The notes: generated by a model not told the origin, from the sequence alone. A DNA stretch of 64,000 bases from Thermoleophilia bacterium (GCA_040770645.1 JAXGIS010000004.1:37600-101599); one strand, 5' to 3'; positions 8,150-17,968 are shown, counted from the stretch's first letter. Made by a program: numbers and translations.

Positions 8150-9382
8150 TCACCGGGTCCACTTGCCGGACATGGTCATGCGGGCCGGCAGAGGCAGCTC
8201 TTGGCCCTTGAGCAGCAGATTCCAATACATCCACCGAAACATCATCTTGCCCCAGTGATTCATCTCTGACTCCTGCAGCAGCGCAAAGGGGCCCACGCCC
8301 GGCAACGGGAAGCGTCCGGGAAGCGGCTCCACCTCATAGTTGAAATCAATGAGCATGCCTTTGCCGAAGCCGGACTCGATGAAGCAGTTGGCATGCCCAT
8401 CGAAGGAAGGAAGCAAATCCAGTCCATCGATGTACCGCAGGAAGTTGTCGATGAAACCGTCCACGGCGTAATGGATGACCGAACCCGCCTTGGACGTGGG
8501 TAGAGCGGCCGCGTCGCCGAAGGCGAAGATGTTGGGGTACTGCGTGGACAGGAGCGTGTTCTTGTCCACCGGTACGTAGTCCAGCTCATCGCCCATGCCC
8601 GAGCGCGCGATCACCCCATCGCCCCTGTGCAGTGGAATGCTCACCAGGAGGTCGTATTCCACCTCGCTCTCATCGTAGTGGACCAACTTTTTGGCATCGG
8701 GGTCGACGTGCTCCACCACGAAATCGGGCACCACCCGCACGTTTTTCTGCTGCAGAATGTCGCCGATGTGTTTGGCGGCTATGGGCTTGGTGAAAGCCGA
8801 GGAGAGCGGCGTGGCGTACACCAACTCCACTCGATCACGCATGCCCTGCTCATGGAAATACCAGTCGGCCAGCATGAGGAATTCGATGGGAGCCACCGGG
8901 CACTTGATGGGGTTCTCCACCACGTTGACCACCAGCCTGCCGCCCTGCCAGGTACGCAGGTACTTGGCCAGGGCAATGGCTCCCTCCAGCGTGTAGAACT
9001 CCTGGATGGAACGCCCCCATTCGTGCTCGTTCAGGCCGGGCGTCTCTTCGGGGTGTATGTAGGCCCCCGTGGCGATGACCAGGAAGTCATAGCCCACCAA
9101 CTTGCCGTCCGCCAGCCTCACACGATTCTGATCGGGCTCGATGACGTCGACCTCCGCTTTGATCACCTCCACCCCCGCGGGGATGAAGTCGCGCATAGGC
9201 TTGACCACGTCGTTCTTGCTGTACATGCCGAAGGGGATGAACAAGAACCCCGGCTGATAGTAGTGGGTCTCGAGGGGGTCGACGATGGTGATCTTCCACT
9301 CATCCACATCGAGCACCCGCCGCAGGCGGTTGACAACCATTGTCCCCGCCGTGCCGGCCCCCAGGACCAGCAGTTGCTTCAT
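8150..9382 (-). CDS. FAD-dependent pyridine nucleotide-disulfide oxidoreductase, sulfide:quinone oxidoreductase-like
   Basis: 410 aa. N-terminal dinucleotide fold LLVLGAGTAGTMV, IKCPVAPIEF cysteine motif, FAFGDAA second FAD motif, and an amphipathic C-terminus (WGKMMFRWMYWNLLLKG). Confidence 0.75.
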   Translation of the reverse strand: MKQLLVLGAGTAGTMVVNRLRRVLDVDEWKITIVDPLETHYYQPGFLFIPFGMYSKNDVVKPMRDFIPAGVEVIKAEVDVIEPDQNRVRLADGKLVGYDFLVIATGAYIHPEETPGLNEHEWGRSIQEFYTLEGAIALAKYLRTWQGGRLVVNVVENPIKCPVAPIEFLMLADWYFHEQGMRDRVELVYATPLSSAFTKPIAAKHIGDILQQKNVRVVPDFVVEHVDPDAKKLVHYDESEVEYDLLVSIPLHRGDGVIARSGMGDELDYVPVDKNTLLSTQYPNIFAFGDAAALPTSKAGSVIHYAVDGFIDNFLRYIDGLDLLPSFDGHANCFIESGFGKGMLIDFNYEVEPLPGRFPLPGVGPFALLQESEMNHWGKMMFRWMYWNLLLKGQELPLPARMTMSGKWTR

Positions 9383-9814
9383 TGGTGGACACCTCCCTGG
9401 CGCACACGGAACGTCATCAAACGTAATCGCAGTGGATACAACGGCCCATTATACCCCCCCGGGTATATGTGAAACCACTCAAGCAGGTCCACGCCGCCAC
9501 AAATGTACTCAGTGGGTTCCAAGCATTGTGCCCGGTCGCCATCAGACCAAACCTGCCGCCTCTGAAAGTGGCGGCAGACCACGGGCGGGCATTACGATGC
9601 GCAGCCAGAGCAGCGGCCGGGGGCGGAGGCGAGCGGACGGCAAAGGCAGGACGCAGGCAGGGTGCCGCCTCCCCAATGTGCTCATCCACAGGAAGGATCC
9701 AGAAGGAAGGATCCATAAGAAGCCGGTTTCGCCCGAGGCCGTGTTAAGGTATGACTCTCCTGCGGGCCGTACGGGCGACGAACCTTCCGTCACGCCCGCG
9801 GATGGGAGGTTGAC

Positions 9815-10666
9815 ATGCGCTGGGCAGGCCGACGGCAGAGCACGAACGTGGAGGACCGCCGGGGGGTCGGGGGCCGTGGCATCGCCGTGGGCGGTGGCAT
9901 CGGCGCCATCATCATCACGGTCATCATACTCCTCCTTGGTGGCAATCCCGGTGAGGTGCTGGATCAGGTCCAGAACCTGCCGCTACCCGGAGCCACCGCC
10001 ACCTCAACCCTCACCGCCGATGAGCAGCGCATGGGAGAATTCGTGGCGGTGGTCCTGGCCGACACGGAAGACATATGGAACGCTCTGTTCACCCAGATGG
10101 GCCGTCGCTACCGGGAGCCGCGGCTGGTACTGTACTCGGGCAGTGTGCAAACGGGCTCCGGTTACGCCTCCGCCGCAACCGGGCCTTTCTACTCCCCGCA
10201 AGATGAGACCATCTACATCGATCTGAGTTTCTTTGATCAACTCGGCACCCAATACGGCGCCCCTGGTGACTTCGCTCAAGCCTACGTAATCGCCCACGAA
10301 GTGGGGCACCACGTGCAGAAACAACTCGGCATACTGGACCAAGTGTCGGCCCTGCAACGACGAGTGAGCGAAGAGGAGGCGAACGCACTCTCCGTGAAGC
10401 TGGAGTTGCAGGCCGATTTCCTAGCCGGCGTATGGGCCCACTATGCCGACACCCAACTGGGAGTCTTGGAAGCGGGCGACGCCGAGGAAGCGATGGCGGC
10501 GGCGGGTGCCGTAGGCGACGATCGCATCCAAATGAGGGCCCGAGGGTACGTAGTCCCCGACTCCTTCACGCACGGCACATCCGAGCAACGCGCCCGTTGG
10601 TTCACCTTGGGTCTGCGAACGGGCGACCTATCGCTGGGTGACACCTTCTCGGCCACATCGCTCTAG
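9815..10666 (+). CDS. YpfJ-family neutral zinc metallopeptidase
   Basis: MRWAGRRQSTNVEDRRG N-terminus, one TM helix, HExxH (YVIAHEVGHHVQ), C-terminal GTSEQRARWF. Confidence 0.8.
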   Translation: MRWAGRRQSTNVEDRRGVGGRGIAVGGGIGAIIITVIILLLGGNPGEVLDQVQNLPLPGATATSTLTADEQRMGEFVAVVLADTEDIWNALFTQMGRRYREPRLVLYSGSVQTGSGYASAATGPFYSPQDETIYIDLSFFDQLGTQYGAPGDFAQAYVIAHEVGHHVQKQLGILDQVSALQRRVSEEEANALSVKLELQADFLAGVWAHYADTQLGVLEAGDAEEAMAAAGAVGDDRIQMRARGYVVPDSFTHGTSEQRARWFTLGLRTGDLSLGDTFSATSL

Positions 10667-11217
10667 TCCCCGCAGGTGACGGCGGAGCCACCCATCTCCT
10701 CTGCCGCGGCGGTGTCAGAATCATCACCCGCGAACACGTGGCGCATGCGCCTGTAGGAGCGATCGCGCTCCACGCGGCCGGTCATCTCCGTGATCCGGAT
10801 CTCCACCACGCAGCATTTCTCGGCCCTTTCACGAGCGATGCCGTCGGTCTCCGGATGGAAGCGGCGGTTGAACACGTTCAACGCCGCCCAGCGTTCCTCC
10901 ACGTTTTCCACCAAACGCGCGGTTCCGTAGCAGATGACACTGTCGTTGTCGATGTGGCATGAGGTGGCGCCGGCGTGATCTCGCACCTCGCCGGTCTGGC
11001 GGCCCACTACGAAACACGTGCGGGGGTTGGCACGGATGAAGTCGTTCTTCTTGCCCGTAAACGAGCCGTGAAACACGATGGTGCCATCGGTGTAGACATA
11101 GTTGACGGGTATCACGTACGGTTCGCCGTCAGAGCACAGCCCTACGTACCCCAACGTCTCTTCGTTCAGGATCCTCTCCATCTCGCCCCGGTCTCCGCCG
11201 GCCAACCCATTCTCCAT
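10663..11217 (-). CDS. Pyridoxamine 5'-phosphate oxidase-family (FMN-binding split-barrel) protein
   Basis: LNEETLGYVGLCSDGEPYVIPVNYVYTDGTIVFHGSFTGKKNDFI...CFVV pattern of the PNPOx/NimA-like fold. Confidence 0.65.
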   Translation of the reverse strand: MENGLAGGDRGEMERILNEETLGYVGLCSDGEPYVIPVNYVYTDGTIVFHGSFTGKKNDFIRANPRTCFVVGRQTGEVRDHAGATSCHIDNDSVICYGTARLVENVEERWAALNVFNRRFHPETDGIARERAEKCCVVEIRITEMTGRVERDRSYRRMRHVFAGDDSDTAAAEEMGGSAVTCGD

Positions 11218-11357
11218 TTCTATCCCTCCGTACAGTTACCGGCGCGGGCCGGCCTCCAATCACGTGGACGGTTCGCTGAGCTTACAGCTGAAACTCAAAC
11301 CACAACAACCGACCGTCCTGCATATCCACCCGGATAGTACGGCGTCGCCGTAGTATC

Positions 11358-13181
11358 ATGTCTTCTGTGAGTGAAACCACAACACCCGACTCCCCACTCC
11401 AGCGCTTCACCGAAAACTACTGGCGCTGCGTCCGTGCATTGGACATCCTACGGCTGCGCCAATGGGAACTGCATAATCTAACACTCCCGCAGCTTCGCAT
11501 ATTGTTCAATGTAGCCGAGAGCCCCGGCATCACGGTCAACGAACTGGCAGCCATCCTGGGAGTCACAGTGTCCACCACCAGCGGATTGGTGGCCAAGGTG
11601 GCCGACCGTGGTCTTGTGATGAAGCGAGTGGGCAGGGACGACAGAAGGCAGTTGCCCCTGGAGTTGACCGCAACCGGGCGCCGTCTCACTGAAGAAGTCG
11701 CCGAAGCCGGCGATCATTTCATGGCCGAGACCGCCCTGGCGCTGGGCGATGACCTAGATGAGGTGAGCCGAGCGCTGGCTGTGCTGGCGCAAGCCGCAGC
11801 GTGCCCATCCTGCAGATCCCACCGAGGAGTCGGCGTCATGAGCCGGCCATCGGCCAGAAGCCGTATTGACTCCACGCGTACCAGCGGCTTCGCGCTGGCG
11901 GCAACGCGCTTGGGAGTGAGCCTCTCCCGAACCTTCCGCTCGCTCGGCACCCGCAACTATCGAATGTATTGGCTGGGCCAGGCGGTATCCACCATGGGCA
12001 TGTGGGCGGGCGAGGTTGCCCTATCCTGGTTGGTGTTGAGTGTGTCGAACTCACCGGCGGTGCTGGGCCTATCGGTCACCATTCGTTTTCTTCCCTCCAT
12101 CTTCCTGTCGCCCTTCGGAGGAGTAATCGCCGATAGGTTCCCCAAGCGCCCTGTGCTGCTCCTAACGGAAAGCTGCCAACTGTTGGCCGCCCTCTCTCTG
12201 GCCGTCCTAACCAGCACCGGGACCGTCACCCTGACCCTGATCTTCGTGCTCGCGGCCCTGCGCGGCGTGGTGGATGCCCTTGACATGCCGGCCAGACAAG
12301 CATTCGTGGTTGAACTGGTTGGCACTCGGGACGTGGGCAACGCTGTGGCGCTCAACTCCCTGCAGTTCAACCTGGCCCGCATTGTGGGTCCGGCGTTGGG
12401 CGCCGCACTGATCGGCACTCTCGGGATAGCAGCGTGCTTCTACTTCAATGCGGCCACCTATCTTGTAGTACTTGGCAGTCTGGCGGCGTTGAAGACGTCG
12501 CAGCTCCACATGGCGGCCCCCATCTCCAGATCTCCCATGGTCACTCAGATAGGCGAAGCGCTGTCCTTCTCCCGGCGTACCCCCGACATCATGGTGGTCT
12601 TCTTGCTCGTCTTCGCCATTGGTACGTTCGGTTACAATTTCATGACCGTTCTACCTTTGTTGGCACGATACGTATTGGACTCGGGACCGGCAGGGTTGGG
12701 AGCGTTGACCTCTTCACTGGGTATCGGGTCCATGGTCGCCGCGTTCTGGATGGCGGCCCGAGGTAGACCTACACGGCGACTGTTGTTGGGAGCCGCCACC
12801 TGCTTCTCGGTTCTGCTGGTGCTCATGGGAGTCTCCCGGTGGCAGTTCGTCACCATGGGAATTCTGGTGGGGCTCGGGCTGTGCGGCATCCTCTTCATGA
12901 CCACCGCCAACACCCGTCTACAGCTGATCTCGCCACCGTCCCTGCGTGGCCGAGTCATGGGCGTCTATACATGGTTGTTCATGGGTATGGCGCCCCTGGG
13001 CTCCATGTTGGTGGGGACGTTGGCCCAGTGGACAGGCGTGCAGCCCATGGTATTGGAGACGGCGGGCGCCTGTGCCGCAGGCGTGGCGGCCGCCCTTCTC
13101 TACTCCCGCCGCAACCGCGACAAGATGTCCACCAGCCTCACAGCCGTTCCCATCCCCGCCACCGAAGACAAGGCGGCCTGA
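11358..13181 (+). CDS. Single ORF fusing a MarR-type wHTH domain (aa ~1-150) to a 12-TM MFS transporter (EntS/MFS_3-like)
   Basis: N-terminus LTLPQLRILFNVAESPGITVNELAAILGVTVSTTSGLVAKVADRGLVMKRVGRDDRRQLPLELTATG is MarR-like. From ~aa 190, FRSLGTRNYRMYWLGQAVSTMGMW...FGGVIADRFPKR is MFS-like. Confidence 0.65.
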   Translation: MSSVSETTTPDSPLQRFTENYWRCVRALDILRLRQWELHNLTLPQLRILFNVAESPGITVNELAAILGVTVSTTSGLVAKVADRGLVMKRVGRDDRRQLPLELTATGRRLTEEVAEAGDHFMAETALALGDDLDEVSRALAVLAQAAACPSCRSHRGVGVMSRPSARSRIDSTRTSGFALAATRLGVSLSRTFRSLGTRNYRMYWLGQAVSTMGMWAGEVALSWLVLSVSNSPAVLGLSVTIRFLPSIFLSPFGGVIADRFPKRPVLLLTESCQLLAALSLAVLTSTGTVTLTLIFVLAALRGVVDALDMPARQAFVVELVGTRDVGNAVALNSLQFNLARIVGPALGAALIGTLGIAACFYFNAATYLVVLGSLAALKTSQLHMAAPISRSPMVTQIGEALSFSRRTPDIMVVFLLVFAIGTFGYNFMTVLPLLARYVLDSGPAGLGALTSSLGIGSMVAAFWMAARGRPTRRLLLGAATCFSVLLVLMGVSRWQFVTMGILVGLGLCGILFMTTANTRLQLISPPSLRGRVMGVYTWLFMGMAPLGSMLVGTLAQWTGVQPMVLETAGACAAGVAAALLYSRRNRDKMSTSLTAVPIPATEDKAA

Positions 13182-13282
13182 GCACCCGACGGCCATGGGC
13201 CGGCCACCATCCGCTCGGCGGCCCAAGCGTGCAATCCCAGGTATGATTCCGGCATGGGATCTCTGAACACCAGATCGAGGAA

Positions 13283-13795
13283 ATGAGCAAAGCCGAGAAC
13301 ATGGAGATACGCGCAGAGACGGCGGCTGCGCTCCGCGAAGGAGGGCTCCGGCCCACACGAACACGGTGCCTCATCCTCGCGTTGCTCCGCCAAGGCTCGG
13401 ATCATCCCACGGCCGCCCAGATCACATCACGTCTGAACGCCACGGGAGAGCACGTGCACCTTCCCACCGTTTACCAATGCCTGGATCGCATGGTGAAGGC
13501 CGGTCTGTTGTCCAGCTTCGTCGACGGTGACGGCCTCATTCATTTCGACGTCAATCCACAACCCCACCATCACCTTCGCTGTCTGCATTGCGGCGTGATC
13601 GTGGATACGCTGATCACAGCGGCGGGGGCCGATCTCCTGGAGGCCTTCTCCCGGACGGCCTCAAAGGAAGAACCGACTCAGTCCTGGGCCATCACCAACG
13701 CCAAAGTGGAGCTACAGGGTCTCTGCCCTTCCTGCCGCCCGCGCAACCACACCGGTGCTGAGGGCGACGGCCGGGCCAACCAGACAAGCGACTGA
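13283..13795 (+). CDS. Fur-family metalloregulator
   Basis: LRPTRTRCLILALL...HPTAAQITSRL...VHLPTVYQCLDRMVKAGLL; HHHLRCLHCG and CPSC cysteine pairs. Confidence 0.8.
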   Translation: MSKAENMEIRAETAAALREGGLRPTRTRCLILALLRQGSDHPTAAQITSRLNATGEHVHLPTVYQCLDRMVKAGLLSSFVDGDGLIHFDVNPQPHHHLRCLHCGVIVDTLITAAGADLLEAFSRTASKEEPTQSWAITNAKVELQGLCPSCRPRNHTGAEGDGRANQTSD

Positions 13796-13867
13796 GACTC
13801 CACGTTGATGGGCGGCCGGGCGGCCGGGCGGGCCCTGCCGCCCGGCCGCCGGCGCCAGCTTCTCCCC

Positions 13868-14146
13868 TCACCCCAGTTCGACCGGTCCGGCCCCCGCGCC
13901 ACCCTCATACCATTCGATCTCAATATCCAGAGAGTGCTTCACACCCTTCCCGGACTTGCTCTTCTTGTCGAGCTGAACCTCGAGAACCACGTGCTCGGGA
14001 ATCACCACTTCCCACTCTTCACCCGAGCGTCTGAGCACTACCGTGCCCGTAGCAACTTTGTCCGCCAGTTCCCTAAGGAAATTGGCAGTCTCCATTCTCG
14101 TCTGGGGCACTTCGCTCTTGAACAGCCGTGTTTTGTGCTCGCTCAT
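13868..14146 (-). CDS. Amphi-Trp domain-containing small protein
   Basis: MSEHKTRLFKSEVPQTRMETANFLRELADKVATGTVVLRRSGEEWEVVIPEHVVLEVQLDKKSK...HSLDIEIEW matches my recollection of the amphi-Trp family layout. Lies immediately downstream of mgtE. Confidence 0.6.
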   Translation of the reverse strand: MSEHKTRLFKSEVPQTRMETANFLRELADKVATGTVVLRRSGEEWEVVIPEHVVLEVQLDKKSKSGKGVKHSLDIEIEWYEGGAGAGPVELG

Positions 14147-14167
14147 TGCCGTCCCTCCATGTCTCAC

Positions 14168-15499
14168 TCACAGACCCAGCACTATGCGAGCCACCAGGAA
14201 ATACACCACGAGCCCCGTGGCATCCACCAAGGTGGTGATGAGGGGCGCGCTCACAATGGCCGGGTCGATGCCTACACGACGAGCCAGCATCGGCAGCAAC
14301 GCGCCTGCGCTGGCGGCAAATAAACAAATGACAAGCAAAGTGATAGCCACCACCAGGGCAATCTGACGACCCACAAACACCGACACCGGCAACAGGGCCA
14401 GCACGCCCAACATGCCACCAAGCAGGAGTCCCACTCTAGCTTCGCGGAACACCACTGTGGGCAGATCACGAAACCTCACCTCTCCCAGCGCCATAGCCCG
14501 CACCACGGTGGTGGCCGACTGAGCGCCGGTGTTGCCCCCGGTTCCGATGAGGAGCGGGATGAAGAGGGCCAGCGTAACCACGCTCTCGAGGGTCCCCTGG
14601 AAGACGTGCAGTACATTCACAGTCAGGGTGGCGGCCAACACCAAGGCCAGCAACCACACCACACGTGTCCGCGCCGTGCGAATGACCGACGAACTCAGAT
14701 AAGGCCGCCCGAGTGGCTCGGCAGCACCGGTACGCGCCAAGTCCTCCGACTCTTCCTCTTCGATGATCTCCATGGCGTCGTCCACAGTGATCAAGCCCAC
14801 CAGCCGGTACTCGCGGTCCACCACCGGAATGGCCAGCAGGTTTGCTTCCTGCACCAAGCGGGCGGCTGCTTCCTGATCGGTGGTCACGTCAACAGAAACC
14901 AGTTGTGTTTCCATGAGATCGCCGACGCGCTCATCGGCCGAAGCCAGCACCAGTCTCCGCAAAGAGGTCATCCCGACGAGCTTGCGGCGGTCATCGGTGA
15001 TGGGGAGCGTGTAAATGGTTTCCGCTCCCTCACCCTGAGCCTTCACCTTGGCCATGGCCTCCTGCACGGTCATGGACGCACGAAGGCTTACGTACTCGGG
15101 TGTCATGATGCGGCCCGCCGACCTCTCCGGATAACCCAGGAGACTGGCGGTGAGAGCCCGCTTCGCCGGGCTCAGCCCGGCCATGAGCCGCTTGGCCACC
15201 ATGGCGGGCACCTCATCGAGGAGGCGGGCCCGATCGTCCGGGTCTATTTCCTCCATCAGTTGGCGAACCGAATCATCTTTGAGTGCCTCAATCAACTCCG
15301 TCTGCAGTGGGGGATCGAATTCCTCAAAGACCACGACGGCCTTGTCTTTGGGAAGAAGACGGAAGGGGATGGCACGCCGGGCCGGCTCCAAACGGGCCAG
15401 TTGGTCGGCGATCTCGTTGGCTGGTGCTGCCTCCAACCAACGATGAAGAGCGACCGGATCCTCTTCTTTCAGGAGATCTGTGAGTTCGGACATAGCCAA
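14168..15499 (-). CDS. mgtE: Magnesium transporter MgtE
   Basis: 443 aa. N-domain, tandem CBS (IMTPEYVSL..., LLAIPVVDREYRLVGLITVDD), and a TM domain with IPLLIGTGGNTGAQS. Confidence 0.9.
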   Translation of the reverse strand: MAMSELTDLLKEEDPVALHRWLEAAPANEIADQLARLEPARRAIPFRLLPKDKAVVVFEEFDPPLQTELIEALKDDSVRQLMEEIDPDDRARLLDEVPAMVAKRLMAGLSPAKRALTASLLGYPERSAGRIMTPEYVSLRASMTVQEAMAKVKAQGEGAETIYTLPITDDRRKLVGMTSLRRLVLASADERVGDLMETQLVSVDVTTDQEAAARLVQEANLLAIPVVDREYRLVGLITVDDAMEIIEEEESEDLARTGAAEPLGRPYLSSSVIRTARTRVVWLLALVLAATLTVNVLHVFQGTLESVVTLALFIPLLIGTGGNTGAQSATTVVRAMALGEVRFRDLPTVVFREARVGLLLGGMLGVLALLPVSVFVGRQIALVVAITLLVICLFAASAGALLPMLARRVGIDPAIVSAPLITTLVDATGLVVYFLVARIVLGL

Positions 15500-15889
15500 G
15501 GTAGTCTAGCCCAAAGCAGGTGATATCTCCTCCCACCTGTGATGCACAGGCAAGAGGAGCGATCATGATAGGTGGGATAAACCGCCGCCATCGGCTACTG
15601 CTAGACTCCGAATACACGGCTGCACGCAGTGCCGAGGCGGGCACCCGCCTGCATCTCCGACCACCTGCAGCGCCGCATCACATTCGCCGCACCTCGTGAC
15701 ATGGCGTTCGAAGAGAGCCAAGGAGACAAACCCAAGATGGACAAGACCGAAATAGACCAAACAAACGGGGTCAGCCAGCGGCCAGGCAGCGGCCGCTCCC
15801 GCTCCCTCAGCGCAGCCCGCCGTGGCGACGCGGCGTGGACTGACGAGGCGGCCGACGGCAGCCCGGCAGGCAACACCACCCTGGAGTCT

Positions 15890-16868
15890 ATGGGCGGACA
15901 GGATAACGCGAAGTGCGAAGAGGCCCAGCTTCGCCGGGGTTGCCGGGTGGCTGCTGAGAGCGCGCTCGGATACCGTTCCCGCCTGGGAGACGTCACAGAG
16001 GCGGTCATTGCAAGCTGCACCGGTGACGAGTGTCACACCCATCTGGGATTTGAACCCATCCCTTCGCGGCAATCGGTGGTGGAGGCCATCGGCCTGTTGC
16101 GCGAACTCCTATTCCCCGGGTTCTTCAGCCGGGGCCGCATCGATCCCGTCACCTTTCGCTACAACCTGGGGCAAACCACCGCCTCGCTCTTCGACCTCCT
16201 CTCCGATCAGATCACGCGCAGCATCCGGCACGACTGCTTCCGCTACGACCGGGCATGCACCGACTGCGAGCATCGAGGTTTTCAACTGGCCCTGGAGCTG
16301 CTGGAATCCATCCCCGAGATCCGCAGGCTTCTGGCCACCGACATCCGCGCCACTTTCGAGGGAGACCCCGCTGCACGCAACACCGACGAGATCGTGTTCA
16401 GCTACCCAGGCATTCAGGCCACCGCTGCGTATCGTGTGGCCCATCGCCTACACGAGCTGGGTGTGCCCATGCTGCCGCGCATGATGACCGAGTACGCACA
16501 CACCATCACCGGCATCGATATCCATCCCGGAGCGGAGATCGAAGAGGGGTTCGCCATTGACCACGGCACCGGCGTAGTCGTGGGAGAGACAACACAAATC
16601 GGCAAGAACGTCCGGACTACCCAGGGCGTCACCCTGGGGGCACTCTCCCTCCCCGCGACGCCGGTGACCGCCTCCGCGGCCGAAAGCGTCATCCCACCGT
16701 GGAGGACGACGTCATCATTTATGCCGGCGCCACCATCCTGGGCGGTGAGACCGTCATCGGGGCGCGCTCCTTCATTGGCGGTAGCGTTTGGCTCACGGAG
16801 TCGGTACCCCCCGACACCACCGTACTAATGGAGACACCGCGCCTGATCTACAAAGGGCACACGTCCTG
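15890..16868 (+). CDS. cysE: Serine O-acetyltransferase (EpsC-type, long N-terminus), 1-nt frame disruption near 16640
   Basis: [11 protein letters not shown]...[35 protein letters not shown]...[28 protein letters not shown]. After a C-rich run the +2 frame continues [44 protein letters not shown] to the stop at 16868. The start codon is uncertain. Confidence 0.75.
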
Positions 16869-16872
16869 ACCC

Positions 16873-16910
16873 GGGCGCCGAGGCCACCGGTCACGGTGGC
16901 CTCGGCGCCC
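16873..16910. terminator. Perfect 17-bp GC-rich hairpin between convergent cysE and nagB (bidirectional terminator candidate)
   Basis: GGGCGCCGAGGCCACCG-GTCA-CGGTGGCCTCGGCGCCC read directly. No clear U-tract. Confidence 0.55.
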
Positions 16911-17091
16911 GCCATGCCGCACGTCAGGTCCGAGTCAGCCCATGCACCCTGTGATCGGATCTCGGGAGAACGTCAGGCTCGACACGCGGATGTAGGGCTC
17001 GGCGCGCACGTCAATCAGATCGTAGCCCTGGCTTCCACCTCGGCCCGCCGGTCCAGCAATCCCGCGCCCGCCGCCTCGTCCAATACATAGA

Positions 17092-17955
17092 TCACCCGAC
17101 CCCGGCTTCGTGCAGATGCTGACTGTAACCAAGAGGGATGTCGCAGGACACCTCGCCCACCACCGACTCAGTCACCGGCTCCATTTTGCGCCGCCCGTTG
17201 GCGACCATCAGCACGCTCCGAGCCTGATAGAGTAGTTCCGCCCCCATCGATACTGCATAGCGAGCACTGTTCTCCACACACGAGAAGTGCTTGTCCACCA
17301 CAGCGTTCTCTCTGGTGTTGCGGTCGAGTTCCACCAGCAAAACGCGGTTGCCTTCAAATGGGATACCGCACTCGTGAAACGCCACGTGACCGCGGCCGCC
17401 CACGCCAATCACATGCAGATCGATACCGCCACAGGCTTGGATCTTGTTCTCGTAGGCTTCAAGCACATTGACTTTTATGTCTTTGAGCACACCTGTGGCC
17501 GAGTCTTTGATGACGATTGCTCGACCCTTGTCCATCCCCTGCAGCTCGTACTGTTCGGGGTGCGACTCAAGCGCCTCGGTCAGCGCGTCTTCGTCTATCA
17601 GGGTTCCCCAAGGCACGTTGGTCTCGCGGAATTTGCACTGCAGCAGACCAAAGAGTTCCATGATCATGAAGAAGCTGTACGATTCGCAGTGCAGAGCCCG
17701 CTGCTGCGCGTTCTCCCCGGGAAGGCCCACGTACTCGTCGAGATTGAAGCTCCGTACGCGGCCGGCGTCGATACGCCCGGCATTGAAGGCTTTGGCCAAG
17801 TGCTTGTACAGCCCGGTGGGCGAGTTACCAGTGGCCAAACCGAGCACGTACTCGTCTTTGACCGCCTGCTTGTCGCGGATATCGGCCTCCACCAAACCGG
17901 CGGCCACCTGGCTCATCTGGTCGAAGTCGCGCGTCACATAGATCTGAAAGGACAT
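17092..17955 (-). CDS. nagB: Glucosamine-6-phosphate deaminase/isomerase-family protein with an internal ~45-aa insertion
   Basis: VLGLATGNSPTGLYKHL...FNLDEYVGLP...IDLHVIGVGGRGHVAFHE...RYAVSMG matches NagB-family motifs. Confidence 0.75.
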   Translation of the reverse strand: MSFQIYVTRDFDQMSQVAAGLVEADIRDKQAVKDEYVLGLATGNSPTGLYKHLAKAFNAGRIDAGRVRSFNLDEYVGLPGENAQQRALHCESYSFFMIMELFGLLQCKFRETNVPWGTLIDEDALTEALESHPEQYELQGMDKGRAIVIKDSATGVLKDIKVNVLEAYENKIQACGGIDLHVIGVGGRGHVAFHECGIPFEGNRVLLVELDRNTRENAVVDKHFSCVENSARYAVSMGAELLYQARSVLMVANGRRKMEPVTESVVGEVSCDIPLGYSQHLHEAGVG

Positions 17956-17968
17956 GGTCTATCGTCCC

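Noticed and set aside
15500-15889. Possible M-box (Mg) riboswitch upstream of mgtE, or SAM/T-box element upstream of cysE, in the ~390-bp divergent intergenic region.
   Set aside because: I could not find the conserved M-box, SAM-I or T-box core strings on either strand. Only generic GC hairpins are present. A covariance-model scan would be needed to exclude them fully.
15629-15889. N-terminal ~87-codon extension of the serine acetyltransferase ORF given in the ORF track.
   Set aside because: The extension is low-complexity and unlike SAT N-termini, so an internal start (about 15890 or later) is more plausible. The exact start remains uncertain.
16030-16075. GGATTTGAACCC string, the reverse complement of a tRNA T-loop-like GGTTCAAATCC.
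   Set aside because: No matching acceptor, anticodon or D arms could be drawn around it. It lies inside the well-supported serine acetyltransferase reading frame ([11 protein letters not shown]).
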